A DNA stretch of 64,000 bases, from NCBI GenBank assembly GCA_052327205.1, contig CM126212.1, positions 89,838,001 through 89,902,000 on the forward strand, in the 5' to 3' direction. The notes under the pieces are model-generated. The model saw only the letters and a list, made by a program, of their open reading frames with translations, did no database searches and was not told the DNA's origin. Shown piece after piece: positions 1-11,602 of this stretch (position 1 is its first letter; each line of letters opens with the position of its first letter). Source of the stretch: Somniosus microcephalus (taxonomy: Eukaryota). The position numbers and the translations under genes are program-made.

Positions 1-918
1 TTTTATCAGACTGTTTCCTTTTGAGTTTAAATCTGCTTTTCTCTTGCTTTCCATTATTGCTTCATAAAGCTCCAAACGTTATCTGCTCAGGCAAAGGAAG
101 CCAAGAATTCCAGCAGTAGCAAGGTTGGTTCAGACATGACAAGACACTTGACATTTCAATCTGTTGCTCATTCTCCAATTGTATTGCTGTTTCTTTGGCC
201 ATTGTCACAATGTAGGATGTTAAATGTACAATTACTCCTTCTGCAGGCACAAGCCCTTAGTGCCATCATGAGCAGTGAATCATGATATCCAGCACTACTA
301 TCACCGTTAACACCAGTGTGCTATGAACATTGCACTTCACGTTATATTGTGATGTTCCTCATTCATCACCTCCAGATCGTTCCCAGTACCACAGACCTGC
401 AACCACCAGTAATTCACGCTGGTGTTATACAGCTCAAAGTGCTCTCTTCAGACACCAGGCAAGTCTGGAAGAACAGAATCTGTAACTATACTGCTAGGTG
501 TTCATCAATTAACATTCACTCACCCAGTGGTGCAGATTGGGTGGTATGTTGTCCTCACTTAAACCTCTGTGGTATGTTGTGGTTGTAAGATGGTCACATT
601 TTTCAGAGCTAACACTGCCCACAGCTCCTGTGCTAATGTAGGAGAGGGAGATGCAGAAGTCTGGAGCAGTTATCTTTCAGAATAATCAGAAACCCTCAAT
701 TAGACACCAGCCTGTAACTCACTAGTCTGTGTAAACAATCCAAACTCTTAGAGGTGATCACTCACTTTAGTCCTCTCATTTTAACTGTCTGGGCAGTACC
801 TCCCTGGTGAGGGTGCTGCCCTCTGGCACCACATAGAAAAGGACAATGGCATTAACCATGTTCCATGCACTGTTGGAAGCAGACAGTTAACAGGTTGCTG
901 AATTCTCTTGCTCTTCAG

Positions 919-1083
919 GAGGACTCCGATGACAGTGAGATTGATGTTGATGATGAAGAGGAGGAGGATGATGAATATGAAATTGCTGAAGATGATGATG
1001 AAAGTATAGATATTCAGCCAGAACAGCCCTCGAGCAGAATCCATAAGCAGGAGCAGCTTGATGAAAGTGACAATGACTTCTAG
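919..1083 (+). CDS. CLUAP1: Terminal coding exon of clusterin-associated protein 1 (IFT38)
   Basis: Acceptor ttctcttgctcttcag|GAG is followed by EDSDDSEIDVDDEEEEDDEYEIAEDDDESIDIQPEQPSSRIHKQEQLDESDNDF*. This matches the acidic CLUAP1 C-terminus ending LDESDNDF. Confidence 0.9.
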   Translation, partial: EDSDDSEIDVDDEEEEDDEYEIAEDDDESIDIQPEQPSSRIHKQEQLDESDNDF

Positions 1084-1307
1084 TCCCAATTCAGAGCAGC
1101 AGATGCATTCAGTTGTGCAAGATGCTAATGTTCCACTGCTCCCTGGCCTTCCTCCAGCTCTTCTAATCTGTATCCACATTGTATTACACAATGAAAGTGA
1201 ATAGCCAACTGCTGCAATGTGTGCAGTTGTTCCTAAAACAATCGATACACCCGATTCCACTTCAGGGAATTCAGTCTGTTGAAATGATTGCTACCCAGTT
1301 TATGTTA

Positions 1308-1313
1308 ATTAAA
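1308..1313 (+). terminator. Candidate CLUAP1 polyadenylation signal ATTAAA
   Basis: ATTAAA lies 225 nt after the stop codon and is followed by GT/T-rich sequence. Confidence 0.5.
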
Positions 1314-1942
1314 TCATTTTATCTGGTGCCGTGAAGTGGGTCTTATTTTCAATCCACATTACACATTTTTCTGTACCATTTTACCAGTGATTCACAAGTT
1401 ACAGAAAACTGAGTATTTAACCAAACTCTTGAAAAAAGGCCTGTGGGAGAGCCCAAGGAAACTGAATTAACCAGGAAGCCTGGAGGTGAAAGTACTCAAC
1501 ATTACCCCTAAAGCACACGGCTGCGCATCAATCCGGAGGTCCCCCGCAGGCCGCTCACAAGCTGTTGCCACAAAGATACCATGCATGCAGCAAATTTAAT
1601 GGGACCACCCAGAGGGGAAAAAAAGTTAAAGGGAACAATGGAAGTACTGCCCTCCGAGGCCCCTTAATACCTGCTAGTCCCAATGGGATGATGTGCCAAC
1701 ACAAGTCATCTTTACATAGCCATGTACATCTGGTGAGTGAGTTTCCTTATACTTGCCAAGATACATAACTGGTCGAGAAACCTGGAGCAACCTGCAGTGG
1801 ATTTGTACTAAGCACCCCCCCCCCCTGCCTCCTGTCTTCAGAATAATGCTGCTCACACTACAGCAAGGTTTGGTTTATGGAGCAGCTGGTGGTGATCATT
1901 GCACAAATAACTTGGCAGAGACAGGGATTTGTTGCTGTAGAT

Positions 1943-4525
1943 TTTAATTAGTAAATCTGTCTGGATGCTTACAGTAGCCACACATCACCATTCATTCCAT
2001 ATCTCAGCATCAAGAAAAGCCAGTCTATACAGGATTGCAAACCCAATATTTCTGTACAATCGCCATTTACTATGGATGATCAATGCAATGTTATTCCCTG
2101 GTTGATGGGCAGGTTCTGTATAAACAGCAAGTATTGGTGCTCAGAACAGCTCTGGTGATGAAGCAGTGCACAAACCAGTATCAGAACTTTGTTTAAAAAC
2201 AATTTAAGAGGAGCTAAATCTCACACTCAAGTTACATTGGTTTTCTCCAATTGTAGGGACAGTACATTGATAAGACATTTCATTTATACATCATTAACAG
2301 TATCATCTTCTTCATGGTTAGCAAGTACACGTTAATGCATTGCCCATAAAGAAATCAACATTTAACTTGCTCCCTCTGTCAGTTTCCAACTATATACAAA
2401 CACAACCTATTGACTTTACAAAATTGAGAAGCTGTCAAGTGATACTAATGAATCCACTAGTTATCCGACACCAGTATAAATCTGCCTTCATTCTATAAAA
2501 AATAACTTTCTACTGTGTAAGGATAGAAAATTCAAAATGTACATCGATTTACACCAGACTATGCAGCAAAGTTTACAAGCACACAGCAGCACCTTATCAA
2601 CGGAGCTCATGCAAAAGGCACGAGGCACCAGAACGCTCCCCAAAGTGAGACTCACATGCACCCGGTCATGTCACAGTAACACACTCCGACCGTAGGTTAA
2701 ATAGAACACGGACTGAAGGGAGGCTCTCCGCACCCAGCATATAAGGGCTACAACCCAGTAGCCAATCCTCAAGCGCAAGGCTGCAATGCACAGGGTATCT
2801 GGGCGTTCAGAGGAGTGAGCATTCCCTGCAATCTCGCTGCACTTTTCCCTTTTCCGATTTACAGCCACCGAGACTGAGCATAAGTTAGAGGAAACTCCCA
2901 TATCAGTGATTTCTCATGAGGGGCAGAGGCCAAATAGCAGGATCTACATATCGGCAAGGGCCAGAGCGCATGCCTCCACGAGTGGAGAACACAATGTTCC
3001 AAACCACCAGGACATTCTTGTGGGAAAATTAACCCCTCAGCACAGCAAGACTGCCCAGATGGTGCTTCACATGCACCAGGACAGGAGGGTGGGTTAGGGT
3101 CTAGTGAAGGGAGTAAGAACTGGGACCATGCAGCGATGTATAAAAGACAGTCCCCACTCGCAATCCTCTAGCAATGGCAACTCAGTCTGTAGCTCTCCCT
3201 CCCTATGCCTCAACATGCAGACCTGGATGATGCACTCATATCTTTTACAGCAACCAGCAAGATGTCTTGAATCCTGTGAGTGGGTCTTAGTAAGAACAGG
3301 TGAGTTAAAATCTTTTAAAGATTATAGGGAAGGGACCAAAAATGATAAATGCTATATAACTTTTGTATCACTGGACACTTGTCCTTATTTGCACAGATCT
3401 CAGGCATGCTGATGAGTTGGTGTCACACAGCAGATGGGGAGTCAGCTGCCCAATCATCCTCTTAGCTGGGGAGGAATGTACAAGAACCAGAGGAACAATG
3501 TGAGCATCACCATATAGCCAGCATCAGTGCAACACAATAGCAGGACAAAGAACAGTGAGCGAGTGTACAATCAAACTGGTGTCCGTTACAACAGTGCCAT
3601 CGCCACGTACTTGGTGCACAGCAGAGTTAGTGTTACAGGTGTGCCACAGTGAGCAGTGTAGTGTTACATACTTGTGGGTGTGTAGTTAGTGTGCAATCTG
3701 TGTGTAGTGATGTTTGAGGAAAAAGTAACTAAGAGTTGACACCCATGCTCACCTAAAGAGAGAGATCAAGGTACAGCTGCTGAAGTGTTTCCACTGTCCC
3801 ATCTAACTGACCTGAAACTGATGTGAAGTCAAAGTCATCATAAGAAGTCATCTGGTGTGTGCTCGATAGAACAAGTCTGTAAAGGAGACAGAGCTGTACT
3901 GGGAAGATGGTCCTGGCTGGGCAAAAGGTAGATCCATGACCCTGAACAAAATGTGGGAGTTAGATCCAAGGTGTGAACACTGAGTCATGATTTCACAACA
4001 GGAAAGGCAAGTGGGCAGAGTCTGAGGAAAACAGCAGGTCCCACTGTACTGATCACAAACCCGAACCAGTATTGTACAGGATCCTGTGAACACTCACTTG
4101 GTGACATGCCCAGAAACACGAGCCCAGAGTGGGTGGGACATGGCTGCATGAACATCACCCCCAAATTCCAAGAGCTCCTTAAGTTATGCCTTTAGTCATG
4201 GCGCTGTTCTTCCCTCCCCCCACTATTAATAATGCGTCACCTTACTTAACTGCATTTTAATGATGTGTAGTATTACTGGGTGTAACCTGGGCAGTCCAGG
4301 CTGGTACAGCAGGCATCCATACGGTGATCCTTGCAAGCCCACCTGTGAAAGGGGAACAGAAAACTTGCAGGAAATGGCAACTGCCTTTCATACCTTGGCA
4401 TGTGGACAGAATTTACAGGTCCGTGGTTGAGAGAGTTAGGACAAAGATTGCTGCAGTGAAGTTGCCTCACGATTTACACACAAATGACAGAAGAGCTACT
4501 GTTTGTACACTGGTCCTGAGAAAGG
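1943..4525 (-). other. RAB11FIP3: Probable RAB11FIP3 3' UTR (distal end uncertain)
   Basis: Repeat-poor sequence downstream of the stop codon. No AATAAA was seen on the minus strand; variant signals are ATTAAA at 1943-1948 and TATAAA at 2283-2288. Confidence 0.4.
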
Positions 4526-4657
4526 CTAGGAGTGTGCCTCAGTCTGTTTGATCTCGAGAATTGCAGGGTTGGTCTCCATGATCGCCACAACAATTCGGTC
4601 GATGTAATCCTGCAGCCTGTAGTTGATCTCTTCCTGTTTTTGAATAGCATCCATAAG
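4526..4657 (-). CDS. RAB11FIP3: RAB11FIP3 last coding exon (Rab11-binding FIP-RBD domain)
   Basis: cag|CTT acceptor; LMDAIQKQEEINYRLQDYIDRIVVAIMETNPAILEIKQTEAHS*; 132 nt. Confidence 0.96.
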   Translation of the reverse strand, partial: LMDAIQKQEEINYRLQDYIDRIVVAIMETNPAILEIKQTEAHS

Positions 4658-4944
4658 CTGCGATCAAGACAGAAAAACAGCATTGAGGCAATTACAGTGC
4701 ATTTAAACATCAGGGCTGGAGAGACAGCTCCAGGTGTACGTATTCCACACACCCCAACTCATCTCTGCCCCAATTCCTGCCCCCCACCAACCGACAGCTA
4801 ACCTGCAGTCAGGCCTCCAGCAACGCCACTTGGGCTGTGGGCACCACTGACCAAACTCTTGCACCTGTAAATTATTGCGCTTTTAAAAAAAGAGGCTAAT
4901 AGATTTTTTAAGTGCAGAAGCAAAGTCCAAACTGTGTAACTTAC

Positions 4945-5085
4945 TTCATCCCTGGAAACAGAGCTGATTTCTGCAGCCAGAGATTCTGCAATAGAGGTTG
5001 TGAAAAGGCTCTTCGCTCCCTGGATACTCAGGTTAATGATCTGTCCATTCAGCTCATCGTTCTGCTCCTTCAAATTTCGGTTATC
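4945..5085 (-). CDS. RAB11FIP3: RAB11FIP3 exon
   Basis: DNRNLKEQNDELNGQIINLSIQGAKSLFTTSIAESLAAEISSVSRDE; 141 nt; tag acceptor, gtaagt donor; phase 0-0. Confidence 0.96.
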
Positions 5086-5196
5086 CTAGTGAAAGCGAGA
5101 GGCAAGGTGTTATATACTGATGTCCCACTGGCATGTACACAAGAGCCTCAGCCTTACAGCAGGGAGGATGGGGTGAGATACCCCAGTCACTTGTAC

Positions 5197-5352
5197 CTGT
5201 TTGAGCCGTTTAATCTCATGCTCCAGTTCCGTCTCTCGATTGCGGCTGTTGTATTCCTGCAGCCCAACACTGCTCGACCGCCCACGCAACCTCTCTGCTT
5301 CCAGTTTGAAGAGTTGCAACTGCTCCAATTGCTTCCGCAGGTCTTCAATGAG
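5197..5352 (-). CDS. RAB11FIP3: RAB11FIP3 exon
   Basis: LIEDLRKQLEQLQLFKLEAERLRGRSSSVGLQEYNSRNRETELEHEIKRLKQ; 156 nt; AG/GT flanks. Confidence 0.96.
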
Positions 5353-5605
5353 CTAGAGACCAGAGAAAAAAAAAGTAAATCACATCGAGGCTGGGCCAGG
5401 TAGGGGTGGCAGGATTCTGTTGGCAGTCACAGAGCAACGAGGAATTATTCCAAACGCAACTCAGGAATCATCACATCAAGTTTCAGATGATTTGTTCTTC
5501 ACTGAAAGACCCAGAAAGTTTCAGGTTCGGAGAGTATTAGAGACGGAGACAGATCTCTGCTTCTTTGGGCTGGGGAGGGGGAAGAGAATGCACAAGATGT
5601 CTCAC

Positions 5606-5743
5606 CTCTTGAGTAGCTTCCTTTTCTTTCTGAAACTGGTATTGCCTGTATAAGAATTTATCCGACATCTTCTGGTTACTCTCCTGCTCGTCCTTCAGTT
5701 TCTGAGTCAGGTCATCCACTTCATCCAACAGCTTCTGCTTCTC
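5606..5743 (-). CDS. RAB11FIP3: RAB11FIP3 exon (coiled coil)
   Basis: EKQKLLDEVDDLTQKLKDEQESNQKMSDKFLYRQYQFQKEKEATQE; 138 nt; cag acceptor, gtgag donor. Confidence 0.95.
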
Positions 5744-5769
5744 CTGAAACAGCAAACACCGAGTGATAT

Positions 5770-6760
5770 CACGGCAAGAGAGTGTAAACGCCCCCTCCCC
5801 CCATGGAGCAAGAGTGTAAACGCCCCCCTCCCACGAGCGTGTAAACGCCCCCTCCCCTCCCCATGGAGCAAGCGTGTAAACGCCCCCTCCCCTCCCCATG
5901 CAGCGAGCGTGTAAACGCCCCCTCCCCTCCCCGTGGAGCGAGAGTGTAAACGCCCCCCTCCCGTGAGTGTGTAAATGCCACCCCCCCTCTTCCCCTGGAG
6001 CGAGCATGTAAGCGCCCCCCCCCTCCCCCTGGAACGAGAGTGTAAACGCCCCCCTCCCCATGGAGCGAGCGTAAACGCCCCCTCCAGCGAGCGCGTAAAT
6101 GACCCCCCTCCCCATGGAGCGAGAGTGTAAATGCCCCCCCCTCCCCCTGGAGCGAGTGTGTAAACGCCCCTCCCCCCATGGAGCGAGTGTGTAAACGCCC
6201 CCTCATTCTCCCCCCCCCCCAACGGAGCGAGTGTAAACGCCCCCTCAACGGAGCGAGTGTAAACGCCCCCTCCCCCCCATGGAGCGAGTGTGTAAATGCC
6301 CCCCCCAATGGAGCGAGTGTACAAACGCCCCCCTCCCCCCAACAGAGCGTGTATAAACGCCCCCCTCCCCCCAACAGAGCGAGTGTATAAACGCCCCCCC
6401 TCCCCCCATGAAGCGTGTGTGTAAACGCCCCCCCCCCCCATGAAGCGTGTGTGTAAATGCACCCCCCCCCCTTCCATGGAGCGTGTGTGTAAATGCCCCC
6501 ATATCCCCATGGAGCGAGTGTAAACGCCCCATCCCCCATGGAGCGAGTGTAAACGCCCCCCTATCCCCATGGAGCGAGAGTGTAAACGCCCCCTCCCCCA
6601 TGGAGCGAGAGTGTAAACGCCCCCACCGCGGAATGCGAGTGTAAACGCCTCCCACCCCCCCACACAACGGAATGAGAGTGTAAACGTCCCACCCAGTGGA
6701 GTGAGAGTTTAAACGCCCCCCCGACAAATGGAGCGAGCGTGTAAACGCCTCTCCCTCCCA
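5770..6760. repeat. Imperfect C-rich minisatellite, about 31 units of 25-38 bp
   Basis: Recurring unit ATGGAGCGAG(A/T)GTGTAAACGCCCCCTCCCC with variable C tracts. Confidence 0.95.
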
Positions 6761-6768
6761 TCGCAAAT

Positions 6769-6791
6769 GAGAGAGAGAGAGAGAGAGAGAG
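6769..6791. repeat. (GA)n microsatellite
   Basis: About 11 GA units directly after the minisatellite. Confidence 0.9.
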
Positions 6792-6983
6792 TAAAAAGCT
6801 CCCCCCAACCCCTGCGAAAGTGGGAATGGGGAAAAGGATTAAATTATATCCTTAAATACAGAGACTGAGTGATAAAGGGGACAGCCAGTCTAGTCAGGAC
6901 CTGCTACATCACAAGGAACATCGAGTGATGCCGACAGTGGATGGAAGTCGCGGGCTTGTATTTAAAATAAAATGTGAACATAC

Positions 6984-7065
6984 CTCCTCCAGTCTCTCGA
7001 CATTAGCCCGAAGGCAGGGAATACATGCTCGCAATTCCCCATTCTCCTCATCCAGCTGCTGCAAC
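6984..7065 (-). CDS. RAB11FIP3: RAB11FIP3 exon
   Basis: (R)LQQLDEENGELRACIPCLRANVERLEE; 82 nt; phase 2-0; cag acceptor, gtatgt donor. Confidence 0.96.
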
Positions 7066-7629
7066 CTGTGTTCAGACAGATGCACAAATGTAACACCTTT
7101 TTAATTCATTGCCAAAGGCTGCATATCCGGCAACTGTCTTCATAGCACACAATCTATAACTGTGCAGAGTAACAACCTCAACTGATCAGGTAGCAAGCTT
7201 GAACTAACTACTGAGGACTCACTAAAGGAGGAACAGAACCAAGCTCATTCACCCACCAGTTAAACACAGTCACTCAACTGCAAAGGGTGAAACTCCATCT
7301 AAAGAAACAGGAAATTCAGCTCGAGTTCAAGGTTTAAACTTTTTATCCCCCCCCAAATGGTAAATCGATCCCCATGCCTCTGCTAAAGGTCTTGTTGGAG
7401 ATGGTCAAATGAGAAGAACAGGTTGTCATCGGCACACTTGGCTACCATGTGATGCCCAACACCTAATTCATATCACACAGCATGCAACAATGGGCAAGTC
7501 CCAACAAGCTTTGATGTCGTGGAAAACACAACAGTGTACGGGGTGGGAGGAAGACATCTGTGGTAACATCTGGTCACAAACAAGCACCATGGTGCTGGCT
7601 TGTACATTCAATGGCAAGAAATTAAAGTC

Positions 7630-8392
7630 AAAGTCCCTTAATTTGCAGTCAGCGGCAAAGCAAAGGCGTTCACCGCTGGCCCTGAAGAAAGCTTCCCACA
7701 GATATCTCACGATCTCTGTGGCGAGAAGTTCGGCATTTTCGACGTGCAGTTTAGTGGGAATCCCATAGTGCGAGCTGCTGTGGCGTCAACAAGCTGTCTA
7801 AGCAGCCAATCACAATGCAGAATTCTCAGACAGGGAACCAGGAAGTGAAGTTATTTTTAAAAAGTCAGAATAAAAGTGTTAGAGAGTAAAACAAAGATTG
7901 AGGCTCTGACATGGGGGAAAAGGCAAACCTGAAATAAAGATGAACAAACTTTTAAAACACATTTTCTTTTAAAGTTTCTTGTAAATTATAATGTTTAAAT
8001 CATGAGAAATTTGACACTGCACAAAATTAAAATTAGTTTTTTTTTTAGGGCCATAATGTTTGTTTAGCAGTCAATATGCTGTTAAAACCCCAGTTACATC
8101 TAATCCAACAAGGCCTAACATTTAATGGGGTATTTAACAGTGATATCACTGCAGAAAAGCCCAAGTTTGTCAGTTTTATTGATTTTTCATCTTACACCGA
8201 TTGCCGGCTATTTTGGGCCGGGGGGGGGGGGGGGGGCCCCCCAACAGCGCAGCCAGTGTCTGCGCAGTGAACTTCAGGATTTCCACATTAGGATGCGCTT
8301 GCGCTAAATCCTGAAGTTGCAGTCAATTTCAAAGGGGTAATAACAGCGAACGCTGTTCGCTCGCTGTTATTACCCATTGCAAATTCTAAGCC
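7630..8392. mobile_element. Probable non-autonomous DNA element with internal palindromes
   Basis: CpG-rich segment with AATTTGCA / TGCAAATT near its two ends and two perfect internal inverted repeats (13 bp and 15 bp). Confidence 0.4.
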
Positions 8393-8949
8393 AATGATTT
8401 AAACAGAAGACTACCACAGGAATAAATATCGTCCAGTGTTACTATGCAGTGAGATTAGCTGGATGCCTCATGGTCATGTTAAGGTCTGATGTGGGTGTTA
8501 AGGAGGCTATTTAATCCTAAAACTCTTGGCCCTGGACTCCATGCAAACTCACAAAAAATGGACATGGTTATTGACCTACAGCCGCCATCACTGGTTAGAG
8601 ACCAAACAAAGCTTCTTCAAACCACTCAAGATAAAATAATCCAACGGCTTTTCAAAGCCCTCAGGCATTATTTGTCTTTGGCATTGATGAGTCGAGGCTC
8701 CTATTGATTGAGTTCGCTGCACAGCCTATTCACTAATTAATGTGCTTCATCAGTCAGCACCCTGGACACCTCCCAAAGTCTCTGGCACAACATACCTGCA
8801 AAATTTATGTGACTATCTGGTTACCTTTGAAATTATCCTGTGTTATTCTTGTTGGGTTTCCATCAAGTCAGGCTTCCAAAGGCTCAGTTCCTTCCCCACA
8901 TTAGTGGCCTTATTATCCTACTCTAGCCATTTTTTTGCCAGGACATCAC

Positions 8950-9500
8950 TGTAGGAGATCCTCAGGGCAGCGTCCTTAGCCCAGGCCAGCTATCTATAGG
9001 ACTCCGACAACATTCAGACTTGGACTGACAAGTGGCTGGTAACATCCATGCCAAGCAATGACCATCAACAAGAAAATGGCCAACCACCTCCCCCTGACCT
9101 TCAGCGCCATCACCATTGCCAAGTGCCCCAATATGAACATCTTGGAGGTCACCATTGATCAGAAGCTTAAGTGGAACAACCACAGCTACAACTTACCTGC
9201 ATGGGCCGGGCAAAGACTGGATACTCCACAAAAAGTGGCTCACCCCCAATCCCTCCATCTACAAGACTCGGTCAGGAGTGTGATAAATACACACCACTCA
9301 TCTGGATGGGGGCAGCTGCAACAGCACTGAAGAAACTCAACACCATCCAGGATAGAATAAGCTGCTTAAATCAACATCCCTGCCACTGGACTCAATACCC
9401 ACACTTCCTCCACCATTGGTGCACTGTGGCTTTAGTACATAATCTGCAGGATGCAGTGCAGCAATTCACAAGGTCACTTTGACAGTACCTCCCTCCCCCA
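8950..9500 (+). mobile_element. Decayed fragment of the tRNA-headed LINE family (RT to C-terminal region)
   Basis: CCTCAGGGCAGCGTCCTT (PQGSVL), CCATTGATCAGAAG and TGGATGGGGGCAGCT align by eye with the 56752-59880 element. Confidence 0.75.
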
Positions 9501-9982
9501 TGACGTATACCACTGCAATAATTAAAGCTGCGTATTACTGATGCATGGACTTGGTCTCTCTCTGGTCGGGTAATTGAGTTAGAGACCACAGTGCCCATTT
9601 CTGAGCAGTACGGAAGGTAAAAATTAGAATCAGAGGCGAGACAGATTCCTGCTCCTAAACAAGAACAGATTCCTCCTCTGTGGACCCATCCAACTTTACA
9701 CGCGTTTTCATGCAGCAGCATCAGCGACAAATGAACACACTCTCACTAACTCAAATAAAGACAGAGGACCAGCACACTTCACATGGGACCTTAACCTTCC
9801 CAACAGAAAAAATGGCTAGTGTCACTGACCACTGATCTCCAACCCAGAACTCAAATCAGATACTGAAGACCATGCTGCTCCTATCCTTGGCCAGGTTCGA
9901 AGTTATCCCGCCTCTGCCGAAGATGTAGTTGGAGGTGGGGATTAGCACAGGTACACATGCATTATGACAGATGCACACTTAC

Positions 9983-10123
9983 CTGGTATGCAGATTTTCA
10001 ATCGCAATGACCTGCTCGCGATCCACTTTGCTCAGAGCATCTTTCTGTTTTCTCATTTCCTCCAGTAACATCTGCTCAGACCTGGTCTCCTGCTCTTTGA
10101 GCAGCTCCTCCAGTGCATTGGCC
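9983..10123 (-). CDS. RAB11FIP3: RAB11FIP3 exon
   Basis: (R)ANALEELLKEQETRSEQMLLEEMRKQKDALSKVDREQVIAIENLHT(R); 141 nt; phase 2-2. Confidence 0.96.
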
Positions 10124-10369
10124 CTGTTCAGAGAGAGGCAGGGAAATGAGCACCAGCACTGCCTTCACAACACTGATGGCTGGGTCTCTGCTTTTACTAA
10201 TCTTATGCAGCACAGACATCTATTTTCAGCATCAGCTTTCAGCAAGCCTTGTATGGACCACTGATGAGCTAGAACTCTACAGAGAGGGGAAATCTCTGCA
10301 TATCACACTATCTGAACGATCCAAAGCACAACAGAGTTGCGGAATTAGTTACCAGGGAAGAACACGGAC

Positions 10370-10530
10370 AATAAACAGATCATTCATTGAGTTTGCTGTT
10401 CAGGGAGATCTTGTGTGCAAGTTAGCTGCTACAGGTCAGTGACTACACCTCAAAAACATTGTTGGATATGAAGCACTTTGAAGGCCTGACAACAGAGACA
10501 TTCTAATAAATGTAACTGCTTTCTTTCTCG
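10370..10530 (+). mobile_element. Deu-type SINE 3' fragment
   Basis: TTGCTGTTCAGGGAGATCTTGTGTGCAAGTTAGCTGC...CAGTGACTACAC...GAAGCACTTTG resembles the copy at 46212-46428. Confidence 0.55.
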
Positions 10531-10983
10531 TTAATACACCCAACTGTGTCGAGTCAGTTCTGGACATCAGAGGAAGACCAGGAGTTAAATGGCACTTCAG
10601 CTACGAATTCCTGCTCAAATTGTGATTGAACCAATTCAATTAAAACGATCCAATGTAGGACAACCAGGCATTTATGAAACTCGAGCACTAATGTAAATCC
10701 AAACAGTTCCTCCTCCAAAAGTGACATCTTAAAAGTATAAATACATAATTTAAAGCACATTGCATCAGTGCAGTCTATATGTATTCTATTTTTGGTTTGA
10801 AAATCAATATCCAAAGCGTCTGACTGTGCTGCACGAGAGTCCCAGATAATTTCACTGCGCTGAGCCCAGTTCAGGCACGTTCCGGGGATGGGTAACACCT
10901 CTCCCCTCTCTCTCCTTCCCCCCCCGCCACCCAGTGAAGAAAGAAAAAAAAGAGAGAAGGGAAACAGGTAGAGAGAGCCCTAC

Positions 10984-11087
10984 CTGTGTACCAGCTGCAG
11001 GTTCTCCTGCCTCAGGCGGCTGTGGACTTCTCCGTTGGTCGTATTGTCCTGCTCCAGCTCAGTGACTCGCTTCTCCAGGAATATCAC
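10984..11087 (-). CDS. RAB11FIP3: RAB11FIP3 exon
   Basis: VIFLEKRVTELEQDNTTNGEVHSRLRQENLQLVH(R); 104 nt; phase 0-2. Confidence 0.96.
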
Positions 11088-11508
11088 CTGCATGTTATAG
11101 AAAGACACCATGATGAAGGACCAGTATTTGGTGCCCCCCTCACTCCAGTTCCTATACTCAGTCGTGTCACTCTGGAGTGAAACAAAAGCCCAGGGGCTGC
11201 TTTTGCAAACCTCAGACAGGTGGCTGAAGAGCGACAAGTGGGGCTCAGCTGCTTCTGGCCACGAGGGGTGCACGAGCTGGTGAGAACTGTGTGGGGAGGA
11301 AAATGTGGAGAATTTGTGCAAATAACAAAACAAGAGACTTTGAGCAGAGTTGCACCTGCCAACACCAAAACAATTACCCCACACTAAGATTTCAGAAGTG
11401 AGCTGAAGGCAAAGTTTGCTTAGAGACAAAGTACCAAACACTAGCGGCCTTCAAACAAAGTTAAATGTTCAAAGGAACTCCAAGCTTTTGCCAAATTCAA
11501 ACTCTGAC

Positions 11509-11602
11509 CTGATCAGTGAGATCTGAGGGGATGAAGCCCAGTGTATCCTTCGGCAGATTCTCCATACCGTCACTGCTGACTGCACTGTTCTGCTGGAGGT
11601 GC
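11509..11602 (-). CDS. RAB11FIP3: RAB11FIP3 exon
   Basis: (W)HLQQNSAVSSDGMENLPKDTLGFIPSDLTDQ; 94 nt; phase 2-0; cag acceptor, gtcaga donor. Confidence 0.9.

Noticed and set aside
5537-6808. Long Gly-rich ORFs (up to 318 aa)
   Set aside because: They are artefacts of a stop-poor minisatellite; only 5606-5743 is a real exon.
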